From: a virus
Taxonomy: Duplodnaviria; Caudoviricetes
Length of the DNA stretch: 64,000 nucleotides
Virus record (IMG/VR): IMGVR_UViG_3300036958_000333
Coordinates: 192,001-256,000 of that record
Direction: 5' to 3' (one strand)
The stretch's first letter is position 1. The number at the start of each line of letters is the position of its first letter. The position numbers were made by a program, and so were the translations under genes. This document shows, piece after piece, positions 28,423-38,757 of this stretch. Under the pieces are notes generated by a model, which saw only the letters and a list, made by a program, of their open reading frames with translations, was not told where the DNA came from and ran no database searches.

Positions 28423-31400
28423 TTATATATTTTTATTTAAAACAATTGTTGCAATAAGTTTTCTTTTAGTATTATCTGTTCCATGATTGTTTTTTATTAT
28501 CGTACTATTGGGATTAACCATTTTTACTTGTAAATATTCCCTATCATTCCCAGAAGTTCCTTTTTGATTAAAATTTTTAGGTTCCCAATATCCTCCTGTA
28601 TATAAATTCATAGTAATATTATTAATAGATGGAGTAAAAGCAGGTTCATTGGTATTCATTCCTATAAATACTTTTATTTTATTTGTAATTCCTTCTATAA
28701 ATCCAAGATAAGCCTGTGGAATATTTCTTTCTTCATGTCTTAAATAATTATTCCATCCAGACCATGGCCAAGATAATATATTTGATAATTCAGAGAACTC
28801 CATTCCTTGTTCCATAATATCTTTAGAATCAACTATAAACCACAAATCCATATCACTATTATACTTTTTCCATGTTAAACCATCGTCGAAAGAAAATAAT
28901 AATTTTATTTGAGTATCTTGCCATTGCATATATGTACTTGGATCATAAATTTCTATTGGCATTTTTAAAGATTCTGATCCAACTAATTTATTATTATATG
29001 TTGCTGTATTTATTTCTATTTCAAATCCAGCTATAGAAGCATCATATTCACTAACCGTACTTAAATCAAATTTAACATCAAAATAAGAATGTGGAACAGT
29101 AGTGTCTGTCATATCTGAAATGTAAATAAGTTTTAAATCTTCATCATCTTCTGTTGCATCATATATTTTCAATATATTATCTTTTTTTAATATTAACTCA
29201 TCACCTTTAATAAATTCAAAACCTTCATCGTATAATATGAAATATTGATAATATTCTATATTAGTATTTTCTTTTCTAAATATTATTTTTCCAAAACAAT
29301 AAGCTTGTTTATCTTCTAATACGTCGATTATTTTAATTAAATTAGAATTTCCAGGACTATCATATAAAGAATTAATATTTTTTAATTCATTTAAAACCCA
29401 ATTTGGAACATTAATATAAGTATTTGGAATATATGCTGTTTCACCAGTAATATCAGAAATAGAAATATAATTTTTCATAATATAAACATCTATATTCTCA
29501 GAAGAAGAAGATGGAAAAACGTTTGATTCAGGGCTACTATCTAATGTAATTATAGTCTCGGTATTAGATAATATTTTATAATTTCCTTCTAATTCTGAAT
29601 ATTTTGACGTTATTGTCAATATTTTTCCTGCAAATTCATTAATAACAAATCCAGATCCTTGAAATTGATCTGTAGCTATTATTTTACCAATTATTTTTTT
29701 ACATATAGAATTATCATAAACTTCTGTATTATATGTTAACATTCTAGTTCTATCATCTCTTATTCTTGATGCTGTTTCAGTATCCACATATATTTCTTGA
29801 GTATGAACCCATGATGGAATCCTAGAAGAATATTCTCCTCCAATTTTATCTCCAATATATCTAACTAAATGATTAGATATATTGGTTTTATAATAACTAT
29901 TATTATAATGATCTTTTGTATGATAATTAATATCTACTAATTCTATAAGTATATCAGTTGGTATAATCATATCAGTTATAAAAACATTATTATTTATTTC
30001 ATTTTTAGTTTCATCTTCATCAGAAAATTTATCAAATGATCCGCTTATTGTTATTGTATCTAAATTATTACTTTCAATAACATAAACTCCAGTAAAAGAA
30101 CTAGAACTTGAACGCGGTATATATAAAAGTTTTCCAATAAGTTCATCTTCTTCATAATTTAGAATCAACGTTGATTTAAATTCAGTTGAGCTTATTATTT
30201 TTCCATCACCAATGTTTTCTAAATTATCTTTACATAAATAAAAATAAATATTTTCATCATCTTTATCTTTTTCTAATGTATTAATATATAATTTTCCATT
30301 ATCATAATTAAATATTCCTTTAAATATAAAATTATCATAATATACATTTTCAGGTTCAGTATGTAATGAAGAAAAATTGCTATATATTAATAACTTAAAA
30401 GTATCTATGTTTTCAAATTCAATATATCCTAGTCCAGCAGGGACATTGTTATCTAAATCATTATATCTTATTCTAGGCTTTACATAAAAAGAACAATAAT
30501 ATATTGGACACATATACTTGCCTAATAATAACAGATTTAAAGTAATTTTTGCTATTCCCCAAATCGAATAATAAGAATCTAATTCTAAATTATAATTTGT
30601 AACCTCTCCTATTTTTACTGGAGGATTTTCTTTTACTATATTTTTATGTTTTAAACTTATATATTTATCTTTATCAGATCCATCTATTTCTTCCATACGA
30701 TAAATATCTGATTTTTCATTTTGTATAAATACAGAAGGAGAATTCCATTTTAATAAGTTATCAATAACTGTTTTTCCATGAGTTCTCCCTCCAAAATATA
30801 TTCCTCTATTCTCAGAATCAGTTACTAATGCTCCCCATGTGTTTTTATATGGTTTTATACCAACGTCAGTGCTATAATTTTTCCAATTTACTCCGGTTAA
30901 TTCTAAAAAATGAGTATTTTCAATTTTAGAAATATAAGGAATATAATTTGTAGAAAAAGATTGATGTAATGTATTTATAATTTGTATGTGTAATGTTCCT
31001 GTACTGGAATCAAACCAAGATTTTCCACTTCTTATAGTTGGATCAGGATTATACTGACCGCCAGATAATTCAATAAAAGCAAGATTAAAAGCAAAATACG
31101 AACTATTTGGAATAAAATATTCTACATATGAATTTATACCACTATTATAAACTCCAACATAAACAACATGATCTCCACTTCCAGGTCCTCCTGGAATTGT
31201 TATAGTTAGTTTAGATATTATAGTCCATCTTCTTTCACCTATAGGAGATCCATTAGAAGGCCAATATATTCCGTCTATTTCGGTTTCAATTCTACTATCT
31301 CCACTAATTGTAATTCCATCATCATGTAAATAAACATGATGTATCCAATCTGGATGTGATTCTGTTATTTTATCACTTCCGCTATACAAATCAAAATCGT

Positions 31401-34400
31401 CAAAATTAGTCGAATCATATATGCTAAATTCATCAAACCTGTCATTTTCTATTGATATTGTTTTTTCCTGAGCTAAAGAATTTAATTCGTTATTTGAACA
31501 TCTTAAACCATTAGGAACAACAAATAAAGAGCTTAATTTTAAATTAGAAATAATAGTATAATCATTATCTTTTTTAACAAAATCTATATTTCTATTTAAT
31601 GTTGATAAATTAACTTTTCTTCTTGTATAATTTAATTTCCCACACCATATATCATCTAAAGATTTTGACGTAATATAATTTCTTGGATTAATATCATCAT
31701 TATTTCCACATGCTATCCATATTTCATTATCAAGATCTCGTTTCTTTATATATTCTATATAATTTTTTCCATCTGTATGATTATCAACAATAGGTGGAAT
31801 TTCTATATTTCTATTTATAATCGCTATTCCATTTCCATTTCTTGATTTAGGAATATCATCTGTCAAATTTTTAATATAAGCCCATCCAACATTAACATCT
31901 TGGGCTCCTATTATTAATAGAGTATTATCATAATAATTAGTATAATCAGAAGTAGTAAATCCTCCAAAATATATCATAGCTATGTTTTCTACATATGGAT
32001 TCTGAGAGTGTCCTTTAGGAGCTGGTTTTATTCCACCATAATATTTAATTTTAGCTCCTCTCCAAGATGTTATTCCTTCTATAGGAGAGCCATTGCTTGC
32101 TTTTAATGGATCTAATTTAGACCATCTTCCTAAAAAACCAAATGGTTTTTCTGGTAAATTACTATCTTGCTCATAATTTAATTGAAATCTATAAGAATTT
32201 GATCTATTAAATACCATAAAATTTGGAAACCTTGATATTCCAGCTAACGAATCTCTTGTATAACCTGTTATAACTAAAGATCCAGATATACAAGGAACAG
32301 GAGCATATGATGATCCATTTTTAGCTAATGGCATAAATCTAAAAATAATTTTATTATTTAAAGAATCATTAATATCAGATATAAATATGGTTCTAGCATC
32401 TTTATAAGATTGATTGTCTCCAATGTTCATATCTCCGGATATTGAAACAGAATCTGGAGGCCAAGATACACCACCATCTAAATCATCTGGATATCCATTA
32501 GACCTAGAAGGATTATAAGATCCGCCACCATAAATTACTATTTGGTCATGTTCTGGTCTACCTGGATAAGAAATAACAATTTGATCACCTTCTAAATATT
32601 GATCTGAATCAGTTCTAGAACCTCCCGTTAATCCTTTAACTTGAACACATATAGAATTGTCTAAATTATCATGACAAACAGATATATCTTGTATAATTCC
32701 ATGAGATCCTGAAGTAAGATTGTATATTTCAAAATTAATTATACTATCTCTATAACCCTCTATTGTTTTTACTTTATTAGTTAAATTTTCTTTATCACTA
32801 TAATATGGTAAATTAGGATTATCACATTTATCATGTTTTTCTATATATGGATCAATTGAATCAAAAAATTCATAAAATGTTTCTTTATATTCCTTTTCAA
32901 AATAAGAAGCTTTTTTATGAAAGTAAGGATATTTAATATACTTAGGAGATATTCCAAATTTTGATGGTTTTATCCATAAATGATAATATTTTCCAGTAAG
33001 ATTAATTGGATCTTCATATTCAGAAAAATCTATTCCTCTATCTCCATCAGGAGTAGGTGTTGGTACTGCTTCGCTGAAATGATATTGGTTTCCAAGAATT
33101 CCTTTATATGCAACATTTTCAATTATATCTGAAATATGAAACACTCTTGGCGGAGGATTTTCAACAGATACAACTTCCCATTGGTTTGTATTTAAATTAT
33201 ATCTCCACATAGAAGTGTCTATAGAACCATTCATTCCATATCCACCCTGTATGTATACATAATTTTTATAATAAAAACTAGTAAAACCAGCTCTTGGACC
33301 AGGACCTGATTTAGATGGTTCTTCTGGAGAACTCCAAATAGAATACTTACATGCCATATCTTGTTTAGAATAATATAATCCTCTTAAACTTGAATCAGAA
33401 GAATCATAAAACGCAGAAAATTCAACTTGTCCTAACTCATCTAGTTTAAAATCAAAATCGGTAATATCAATATAATTCAAGTATTCTAAAGGATCAGAAA
33501 AATTTCTTATTCTATATTCATATGATAATATAGAATTGTCTTCATGTTCATTTTCCCAAGAACCACACCTGTTATGAATATGGCATGGACACTCTAATCT
33601 TTCAGAATCTTTATTAATATAAAATACATGAATATTATCTGAATTAGAACATTTATTTGAATATATTTTATGATCAAAATTTCTTTCATATTTTTTTTCT
33701 ACTAATATTTTTAAATTATTTCCATATTTTGATGTTTTTTGAACGTACCATTCAGATGAAACAGATGGATGTTTAAATGATAATAATATTTCATTAGACT
33801 TTTTGTCTTTATTTAATGAAAAATTAGATGCTGCAACAACTGGAGTTCCTCTTAAATGTATAGATTTGTTTTGTAAATTAAATTTTTTATCGTCAGTATA
33901 CAACAATCCCGGTTCAATATAATCTTCCCATATTGCGACAGAAAAATCATTTTTATTATTACATATAAAATTATCTATATAATTTGAAAATAAGAATTGG
34001 TGATTATATTCAATATTTTCATTTAAATCAATCATTTTTGATGATTTTATATCTTCAGATGCTTCAAATACATAATCTGTATTTGGATCGGATGATGATT
34101 TTTTTATTAATAATGCATTTATAGAAGAATCTTTTGTATTTCTATAAATAATCCATATACTAAAATTCTTACTACTCCAAACATATTTATATTCATAAGA
34201 GAAAATTTCAGTAGACAATTGAGGAGTTAATAATATTTTACATCCTTCTGAATATAATCCATTAATTATTTTTGGAGATATGTTTTCTGGCCATAATTGA
34301 AGATTTTTAGTTGCATTTAAATTTACCCAAAACGCAACATTATGTGGATATCCATTAGAATCGTTTTGAGAAGCAGTTATTCCAACGACATACGAATAAT

Positions 34401-35811
34401 CAAATTTATTACTAATTTCATAGTTTAATGGGATATCTTTAAAATATATAATTTCTCTTATAAACAAATCGATATCAGAATATGAATTTCCTTCAGAATC
34501 TAAATTTTTTCTCGGAAAAAATATTGGAGTTCCAAAATTATGACACCAAGATATAAAATAAGGTCTATTTGTTCCTTGGTCTAAATAAGCAAGACCAAAC
34601 ATATCATTTCCATCTAAATTATTTGAATCATCCATTAAATTAGAAGTATCTTTATATTTTGTTATAATATGAACGGCAGAAAATTGATTTGCTTTTACTG
34701 GAAATTCTAATTGTCCAAACTTATAATTTACATTATATTCTAACCACTCGTCTCTTCCTTGCATTAAATAATTACATACTATAGTATTGTCTTCTCGTAT
34801 ACTTAAAACATATGATATCCCAGATTCCTTTGAGCTGAAAACTTTAATATTAGAAGCAGACTTATTTGTTCTTGAAGTATTTCTAAGTATTGTAAAATCT
34901 TCTTGATTTTTTTGTCTAACTATAGACGCTTCTTTTGAATTTATTATTATATTACTTATATAAAAAACTCCATTATATGAAGTTTGTAATGGTTTATTTA
35001 TATAAATTATTGGAGGTAAATTATTATCATTTTGTGTTAATATATAAGAAATTTTATATTGAACATTGTCTTTATCTTCTCCTACTAATCCTATAATGCC
35101 AGGATTTAATGTCGTAGAAAAAGAACCTGTTATTTGAGTAGAAGATATAGTTATTATTACATTATCTAAACTATAAAAAGATGATTTTATATAATAAGAA
35201 TTTCCTTCAGAAAAATTTATATTAACATTTGATATTTCTTCTCCAGATATTCTTTCTTTGATTTGTATTATTCTTGAAAAATTATAATCAGAATCGTGCT
35301 CTAATACATATTCTGATCCTTTGTTTAAAGTAAAAGAATATGTATATAAAAACATTCCTTGATTTAATTTAGAATCTATTGAAGACGAGGAAGATGTTGA
35401 TATTTCTGTCCAAACATTGTCTTTCCATAAATATATTTTCTTTTCAGAAGAAACCAATCTCGTATCATTTTCTTTATTTATTCCAGATTTTAATGTAGGT
35501 AGATCAGAATAGTTCTGTACAGCATCTCTCCAATTTGATTTATATGAAAAAACTTCTCGTCTAGTAACATATGGATTATCTCCAGATGGTAAATATGAAT
35601 TAGATAAAGCGTAATATATATTTGAATTTGGAAGTAATAATTTTTGTATATCAGTAGAAAATTTTTCTATTGTTATTTCTCCATTTTTTAGATGTATATT
35701 TTCTACTGCACTATCTTGTATTACTCTTTGATCAACACATCCTGTGTCTAGATTTATATTTTTGACTTCTCCTTCTTGTATGAATAATCCTTTTACTTTT
35801 TCTTGAATCAT
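28423..35811 (-). CDS. Giant (2462 aa) virion/tail-fibre-type protein with kelch-like beta-propeller repeats
   Basis: GPRAGFTSFYYKNYVYIQGG...MWRYNLNTNQW..PPRVFH and further YGG/FGG blades; lies in the tail module. Confidence 0.7.
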   Translation of the reverse strand: MIQEKVKGLFIQEGEVKNINLDTGCVDQRVIQDSAVENIHLKNGEITIEKFSTDIQKLLLPNSNIYYALSNSYLPSGDNPYVTRREVFSYKSNWRDAVQNYSDLPTLKSGINKENDTRLVSSEKKIYLWKDNVWTEISTSSSSSIDSKLNQGMFLYTYSFTLNKGSEYVLEHDSDYNFSRIIQIKERISGEEISNVNINFSEGNSYYIKSSFYSLDNVIITISSTQITGSFSTTLNPGIIGLVGEDKDNVQYKISYILTQNDNNLPPIIYINKPLQTSYNGVFYISNIIINSKEASIVRQKNQEDFTILRNTSRTNKSASNIKVFSSKESGISYVLSIREDNTIVCNYLMQGRDEWLEYNVNYKFGQLEFPVKANQFSAVHIITKYKDTSNLMDDSNNLDGNDMFGLAYLDQGTNRPYFISWCHNFGTPIFFPRKNLDSEGNSYSDIDLFIREIIYFKDIPLNYEISNKFDYSYVVGITASQNDSNGYPHNVAFWVNLNATKNLQLWPENISPKIINGLYSEGCKILLTPQLSTEIFSYEYKYVWSSKNFSIWIIYRNTKDSSINALLIKKSSSDPNTDYVFEASEDIKSSKMIDLNENIEYNHQFLFSNYIDNFICNNKNDFSVAIWEDYIEPGLLYTDDKKFNLQNKSIHLRGTPVVAASNFSLNKDKKSNEILLSFKHPSVSSEWYVQKTSKYGNNLKILVEKKYERNFDHKIYSNKCSNSDNIHVFYINKDSERLECPCHIHNRCGSWENEHEDNSILSYEYRIRNFSDPLEYLNYIDITDFDFKLDELGQVEFSAFYDSSDSSLRGLYYSKQDMACKYSIWSSPEEPSKSGPGPRAGFTSFYYKNYVYIQGGYGMNGSIDTSMWRYNLNTNQWEVVSVENPPPRVFHISDIIENVAYKGILGNQYHFSEAVPTPTPDGDRGIDFSEYEDPINLTGKYYHLWIKPSKFGISPKYIKYPYFHKKASYFEKEYKETFYEFFDSIDPYIEKHDKCDNPNLPYYSDKENLTNKVKTIEGYRDSIINFEIYNLTSGSHGIIQDISVCHDNLDNSICVQVKGLTGGSRTDSDQYLEGDQIVISYPGRPEHDQIVIYGGGSYNPSRSNGYPDDLDGGVSWPPDSVSISGDMNIGDNQSYKDARTIFISDINDSLNNKIIFRFMPLAKNGSSYAPVPCISGSLVITGYTRDSLAGISRFPNFMVFNRSNSYRFQLNYEQDSNLPEKPFGFLGRWSKLDPLKASNGSPIEGITSWRGAKIKYYGGIKPAPKGHSQNPYVENIAMIYFGGFTTSDYTNYYDNTLLIIGAQDVNVGWAYIKNLTDDIPKSRNGNGIAIINRNIEIPPIVDNHTDGKNYIEYIKKRDLDNEIWIACGNNDDINPRNYITSKSLDDIWCGKLNYTRRKVNLSTLNRNIDFVKKDNDYTIISNLKLSSLFVVPNGLRCSNNELNSLAQEKTISIENDRFDEFSIYDSTNFDDFDLYSGSDKITESHPDWIHHVYLHDDGITISGDSRIETEIDGIYWPSNGSPIGERRWTIISKLTITIPGGPGSGDHVVYVGVYNSGINSYVEYFIPNSSYFAFNLAFIELSGGQYNPDPTIRSGKSWFDSSTGTLHIQIINTLHQSFSTNYIPYISKIENTHFLELTGVNWKNYSTDVGIKPYKNTWGALVTDSENRGIYFGGRTHGKTVIDNLLKWNSPSVFIQNEKSDIYRMEEIDGSDKDKYISLKHKNIVKENPPVKIGEVTNYNLELDSYYSIWGIAKITLNLLLLGKYMCPIYYCSFYVKPRIRYNDLDNNVPAGLGYIEFENIDTFKLLIYSNFSSLHTEPENVYYDNFIFKGIFNYDNGKLYINTLEKDKDDENIYFYLCKDNLENIGDGKIISSTEFKSTLILNYEEDELIGKLLYIPRSSSSSFTGVYVIESNNLDTITISGSFDKFSDEDETKNEINNNVFITDMIIPTDILIELVDINYHTKDHYNNSYYKTNISNHLVRYIGDKIGGEYSSRIPSWVHTQEIYVDTETASRIRDDRTRMLTYNTEVYDNSICKKIIGKIIATDQFQGSGFVINEFAGKILTITSKYSELEGNYKILSNTETIITLDSSPESNVFPSSSSENIDVYIMKNYISISDITGETAYIPNTYINVPNWVLNELKNINSLYDSPGNSNLIKIIDVLEDKQAYCFGKIIFRKENTNIEYYQYFILYDEGFEFIKGDELILKKDNILKIYDATEDDEDLKLIYISDMTDTTVPHSYFDVKFDLSTVSEYDASIAGFEIEINTATYNNKLVGSESLKMPIEIYDPSTYMQWQDTQIKLLFSFDDGLTWKKYNSDMDLWFIVDSKDIMEQGMEFSELSNILSWPWSGWNNYLRHEERNIPQAYLGFIEGITNKIKVFIGMNTNEPAFTPSINNITMNLYTGGYWEPKNFNQKGTSGNDREYLQVKMVNPNSTIIKNNHGTDNTKRKLIATIVLNKNI

Positions 35812-36669
35812 TTATATTTCCTTATCATAAACAATAATATTATCAATAAAATTAAAGTTCTTATTATAAGTATATGTATTTATCCCATATTTTTTTAACC
35901 AATATGCTCCTGCACTTATAATACTAGATTCTATAATTTGTTGAGGATACATATAAACCCCTTCTTTTATATATACAACTCCCGATCTTTCTTCTCTTAT
36001 ATAATTTTCAGTATTTAATAAAAAAACATTTCTTATACCAAAATAATATATTAAATTAAAAATAGATAATATCAAACACCTATGATCTTCTAAAAATATA
36101 TTATAAGAATTTATATTTATAGTATTTCTTTTTGATTTAGACGGCGGAGTATTATATGAATATTTCGTTCCTTTATAAAATTTAATAAAATCATGATTCG
36201 TTCTATAAGAAAATAAACCTATTGGAATAGATGTATAATCTTTTGGTAAAAAATTAATAATATATCTATATGGATTATTGCAAATATATAAATCAATAAG
36301 ATCATTATGATATTTTAAAGAATCATTAATTCCTATAATTAAACATTTATTATTTTTAATTTCTTTTAAAAAATTATTATCTATCTTAGAATTTATTATT
36401 ATAGCTTTAGAATATCTAGAAAAATCATTTATATTAATATTAGAAGATAATAAATCAGAATTTTTAAATATATTTGAATTAAGAAAAACCAATTCTTCTT
36501 CTGAAAAATATTCATCTATATCAAAGTGTTTTTTATTTGTACAAAAATTTCTAATATAAAAAAAACCACTATAATCTAAAGATAAATAGTCATTAACATT
36601 ATTCTTAACTATATCATTATCTTTAAAATTTAACTTAAAAGATTTGTAATATTTTTCTATTTCTATCAT
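35812..36669 (-). CDS. Hypothetical protein, possibly MAF/DUF115-like glycosyltransferase fold
   Basis: LIIGINDSL...DLYI and YYFGIRNVFLL patterns. Confidence 0.45.
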   Translation of the reverse strand: MIEIEKYYKSFKLNFKDNDIVKNNVNDYLSLDYSGFFYIRNFCTNKKHFDIDEYFSEEELVFLNSNIFKNSDLLSSNININDFSRYSKAIIINSKIDNNFLKEIKNNKCLIIGINDSLKYHNDLIDLYICNNPYRYIINFLPKDYTSIPIGLFSYRTNHDFIKFYKGTKYSYNTPPSKSKRNTININSYNIFLEDHRCLILSIFNLIYYFGIRNVFLLNTENYIREERSGVVYIKEGVYMYPQQIIESSIISAGAYWLKKYGINTYTYNKNFNFIDNIIVYDKEI

Positions 36670-36712
36670 TTAATTATATATATATTATAGAATTATAAGG
36701 TAAATTTATAAA

Positions 36713-37549
36713 ATGTTTTGTACTGGTGGAAATAAATGGTTTGTAATAAATGGAAATCTTGGAAATGTTTATTCTTGCCATATAAGATTTTATAAAAACG
36801 AAAAACAATTTAAATTGTCTGAAGATATTAAACTAAGAGAAGACGAATGTAAAGAAACCAAATGTGATAATAAATGTGATTATTGTCATATAATAAAAAG
36901 TAATAAACGAGATGAAATTAAATCACAAAATCAAGTACATATATTGTTTTATACAAATGATATGTGCATGAATGAATGTGAATATTGTAATATTCCTTCT
37001 AAAAAAAGTAATAATCTAGATATAAATGATATGTCAATATTTTATAAAAATTTATTAAAAATATATCCTAATTATAATTATTCTATATTATTTTGTGGTG
37101 GAGAACCAACTTTTCATCCATATATTGAAAAATGTATTTTATATACACACGAAATATTGGGCGAAAGATTAAATTATGTAGAATTATATTCTAATGGAAT
37201 ATTAAATCATAAAATAGAAAAAATATTAAAATCATGTAAAAAAAAACAATTAGATAAAATTATTTTTAGAATATCAGCTCATCCAACCGGAAAAATGTTT
37301 AATTTATATAATTGGACTAAAACTATATTATTAATTAAAAAATATAATGCAAAACTATCAGTAAAGATAGTAAATCATGAATGTAACAAAATGTTTATTC
37401 CAATAATAAAAAATATAACTGAAAAATTAAATATAGAATTTCAAACTGTTCAAGATAATCACATGTATTTTCCTAGATATAATATGATTAGTAATATACT
37501 TTGTGATAAAAAAAACATTTTAAAAGAAAACTTTTTTATTAACTTGTAG
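36713..37549 (+). CDS. Radical SAM protein with N-terminal SPASM/twitch-like domain, paralog of 18576-19373
   Basis: CTGG.KWFVING..GNVYSCH...C..C..CDYC, then CMNECEYC and GGEPTFHP; shared S.HPTGKMFN. Confidence 0.8.
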   Translation: MFCTGGNKWFVINGNLGNVYSCHIRFYKNEKQFKLSEDIKLREDECKETKCDNKCDYCHIIKSNKRDEIKSQNQVHILFYTNDMCMNECEYCNIPSKKSNNLDINDMSIFYKNLLKIYPNYNYSILFCGGEPTFHPYIEKCILYTHEILGERLNYVELYSNGILNHKIEKILKSCKKKQLDKIIFRISAHPTGKMFNLYNWTKTILLIKKYNAKLSVKIVNHECNKMFIPIIKNITEKLNIEFQTVQDNHMYFPRYNMISNILCDKKNILKENFFINL

Positions 37550-38744
37550 TTCCTAAACACGGAACTAATTTAAAACAAGCTCCTGTTGCCATTTCCTCTT
37601 CTTTAGGAGGTGTAGGCAATACCCATGTAGGAGGAGTAAAAGAATCTATAGTTACAACTATTGGAGGAATCTTTATATCAACAGTATAAGCAAACGAAGG
37701 AACCTCTATTGTTGGACATGGCTCAACGGTTGGAACTTCTGTACAAGGAACTGTTTCTGGACATTTTAATGTACATGGCGGACAAGGAATTACTGGAGGA
37801 CTTGGAATCTCCCACGGTTCTATAATTGGACAATTAATTAAAGGAATATCTGCCAACGGAGGTTCAAATTCACAAGGTTCACATATTGCATTATTTTCAG
37901 ATATACAAGCGCAACAATCTCCAAGTTTTACTGTTAAAGATACTCCAAAATTAAAATCATTTATATTAGTCGATTCAAATCTTGATGTTTCCAATTCTGA
38001 TTTACTATATATAACAATAGGATTTAAGTTATTAGTTATTGGATCGGCTTCTTTTTTTGGAATAAAAGAATAACTTTCATAATCTCCTATTATTGTTATA
38101 TGAAATTGAACTTTAACATATGTGTCTGTTTCTTCTAAAACTTCATACCAATAAATACCATATGGACAGTTTAAATCATCTTCTTGAACAGCTAGATTTT
38201 CCATATCCTTCAATCTATAATCTATTGAAAAATGATCTTGAGAATTATCTATTCCAATTAATTCTTCTATTCCAAATAAAGCGTCTTTTAATGCGTTATG
38301 ATGTTCTGCAACAACATATCCTCTAACCCATTCATTTACAACATGTACTCTAGATGGAAGTTCACTTATTTTGGTTAATTTTTTAAATGCTATTACTCTT
38401 CTATATTTATTTTTTATATTTTCATCTATATATTTGTTTTCAAAAAACAGCTCTATAGATCCATAATAATTTTCATTATTAGCCAATTCAACCTGAAGGT
38501 TTGGATAATATTCTATTTCTGTATCATTATAATATATTAATTCTCCTTCTACATTAATAATTCCATTGTCAAAATTCCAAATAGGTTTAGTAAACCATTC
38601 TCTTGGAACTATATAAATTATATCATCCGATAAATGAAAACTTTTTAATAATTTAGATTCACTATTATTATAAACTTGATATAGATTTGTATTAGAATCC
38701 AAATCTTTTGGAAATAATATTTGAGGTGTTAATTTTAAATTCAT
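37539..38744 (-). CDS. Virion structural protein with Pro/Cys/Thr-rich C-terminus
   Basis: Shares the FPKDLD...ELIYY...VAEHHN..KDA module with its two neighbours. Confidence 0.65.
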   Translation of the reverse strand: MNLKLTPQILFPKDLDSNTNLYQVYNNSESKLLKSFHLSDDIIYIVPREWFTKPIWNFDNGIINVEGELIYYNDTEIEYYPNLQVELANNENYYGSIELFFENKYIDENIKNKYRRVIAFKKLTKISELPSRVHVVNEWVRGYVVAEHHNALKDALFGIEELIGIDNSQDHFSIDYRLKDMENLAVQEDDLNCPYGIYWYEVLEETDTYVKVQFHITIIGDYESYSFIPKKEADPITNNLNPIVIYSKSELETSRFESTNINDFNFGVSLTVKLGDCCACISENNAICEPCEFEPPLADIPLINCPIIEPWEIPSPPVIPCPPCTLKCPETVPCTEVPTVEPCPTIEVPSFAYTVDIKIPPIVVTIDSFTPPTWVLPTPPKEEEMATGACFKLVPCLGTTS

Positions 38745-38757
38745 TTATATTCCTATA

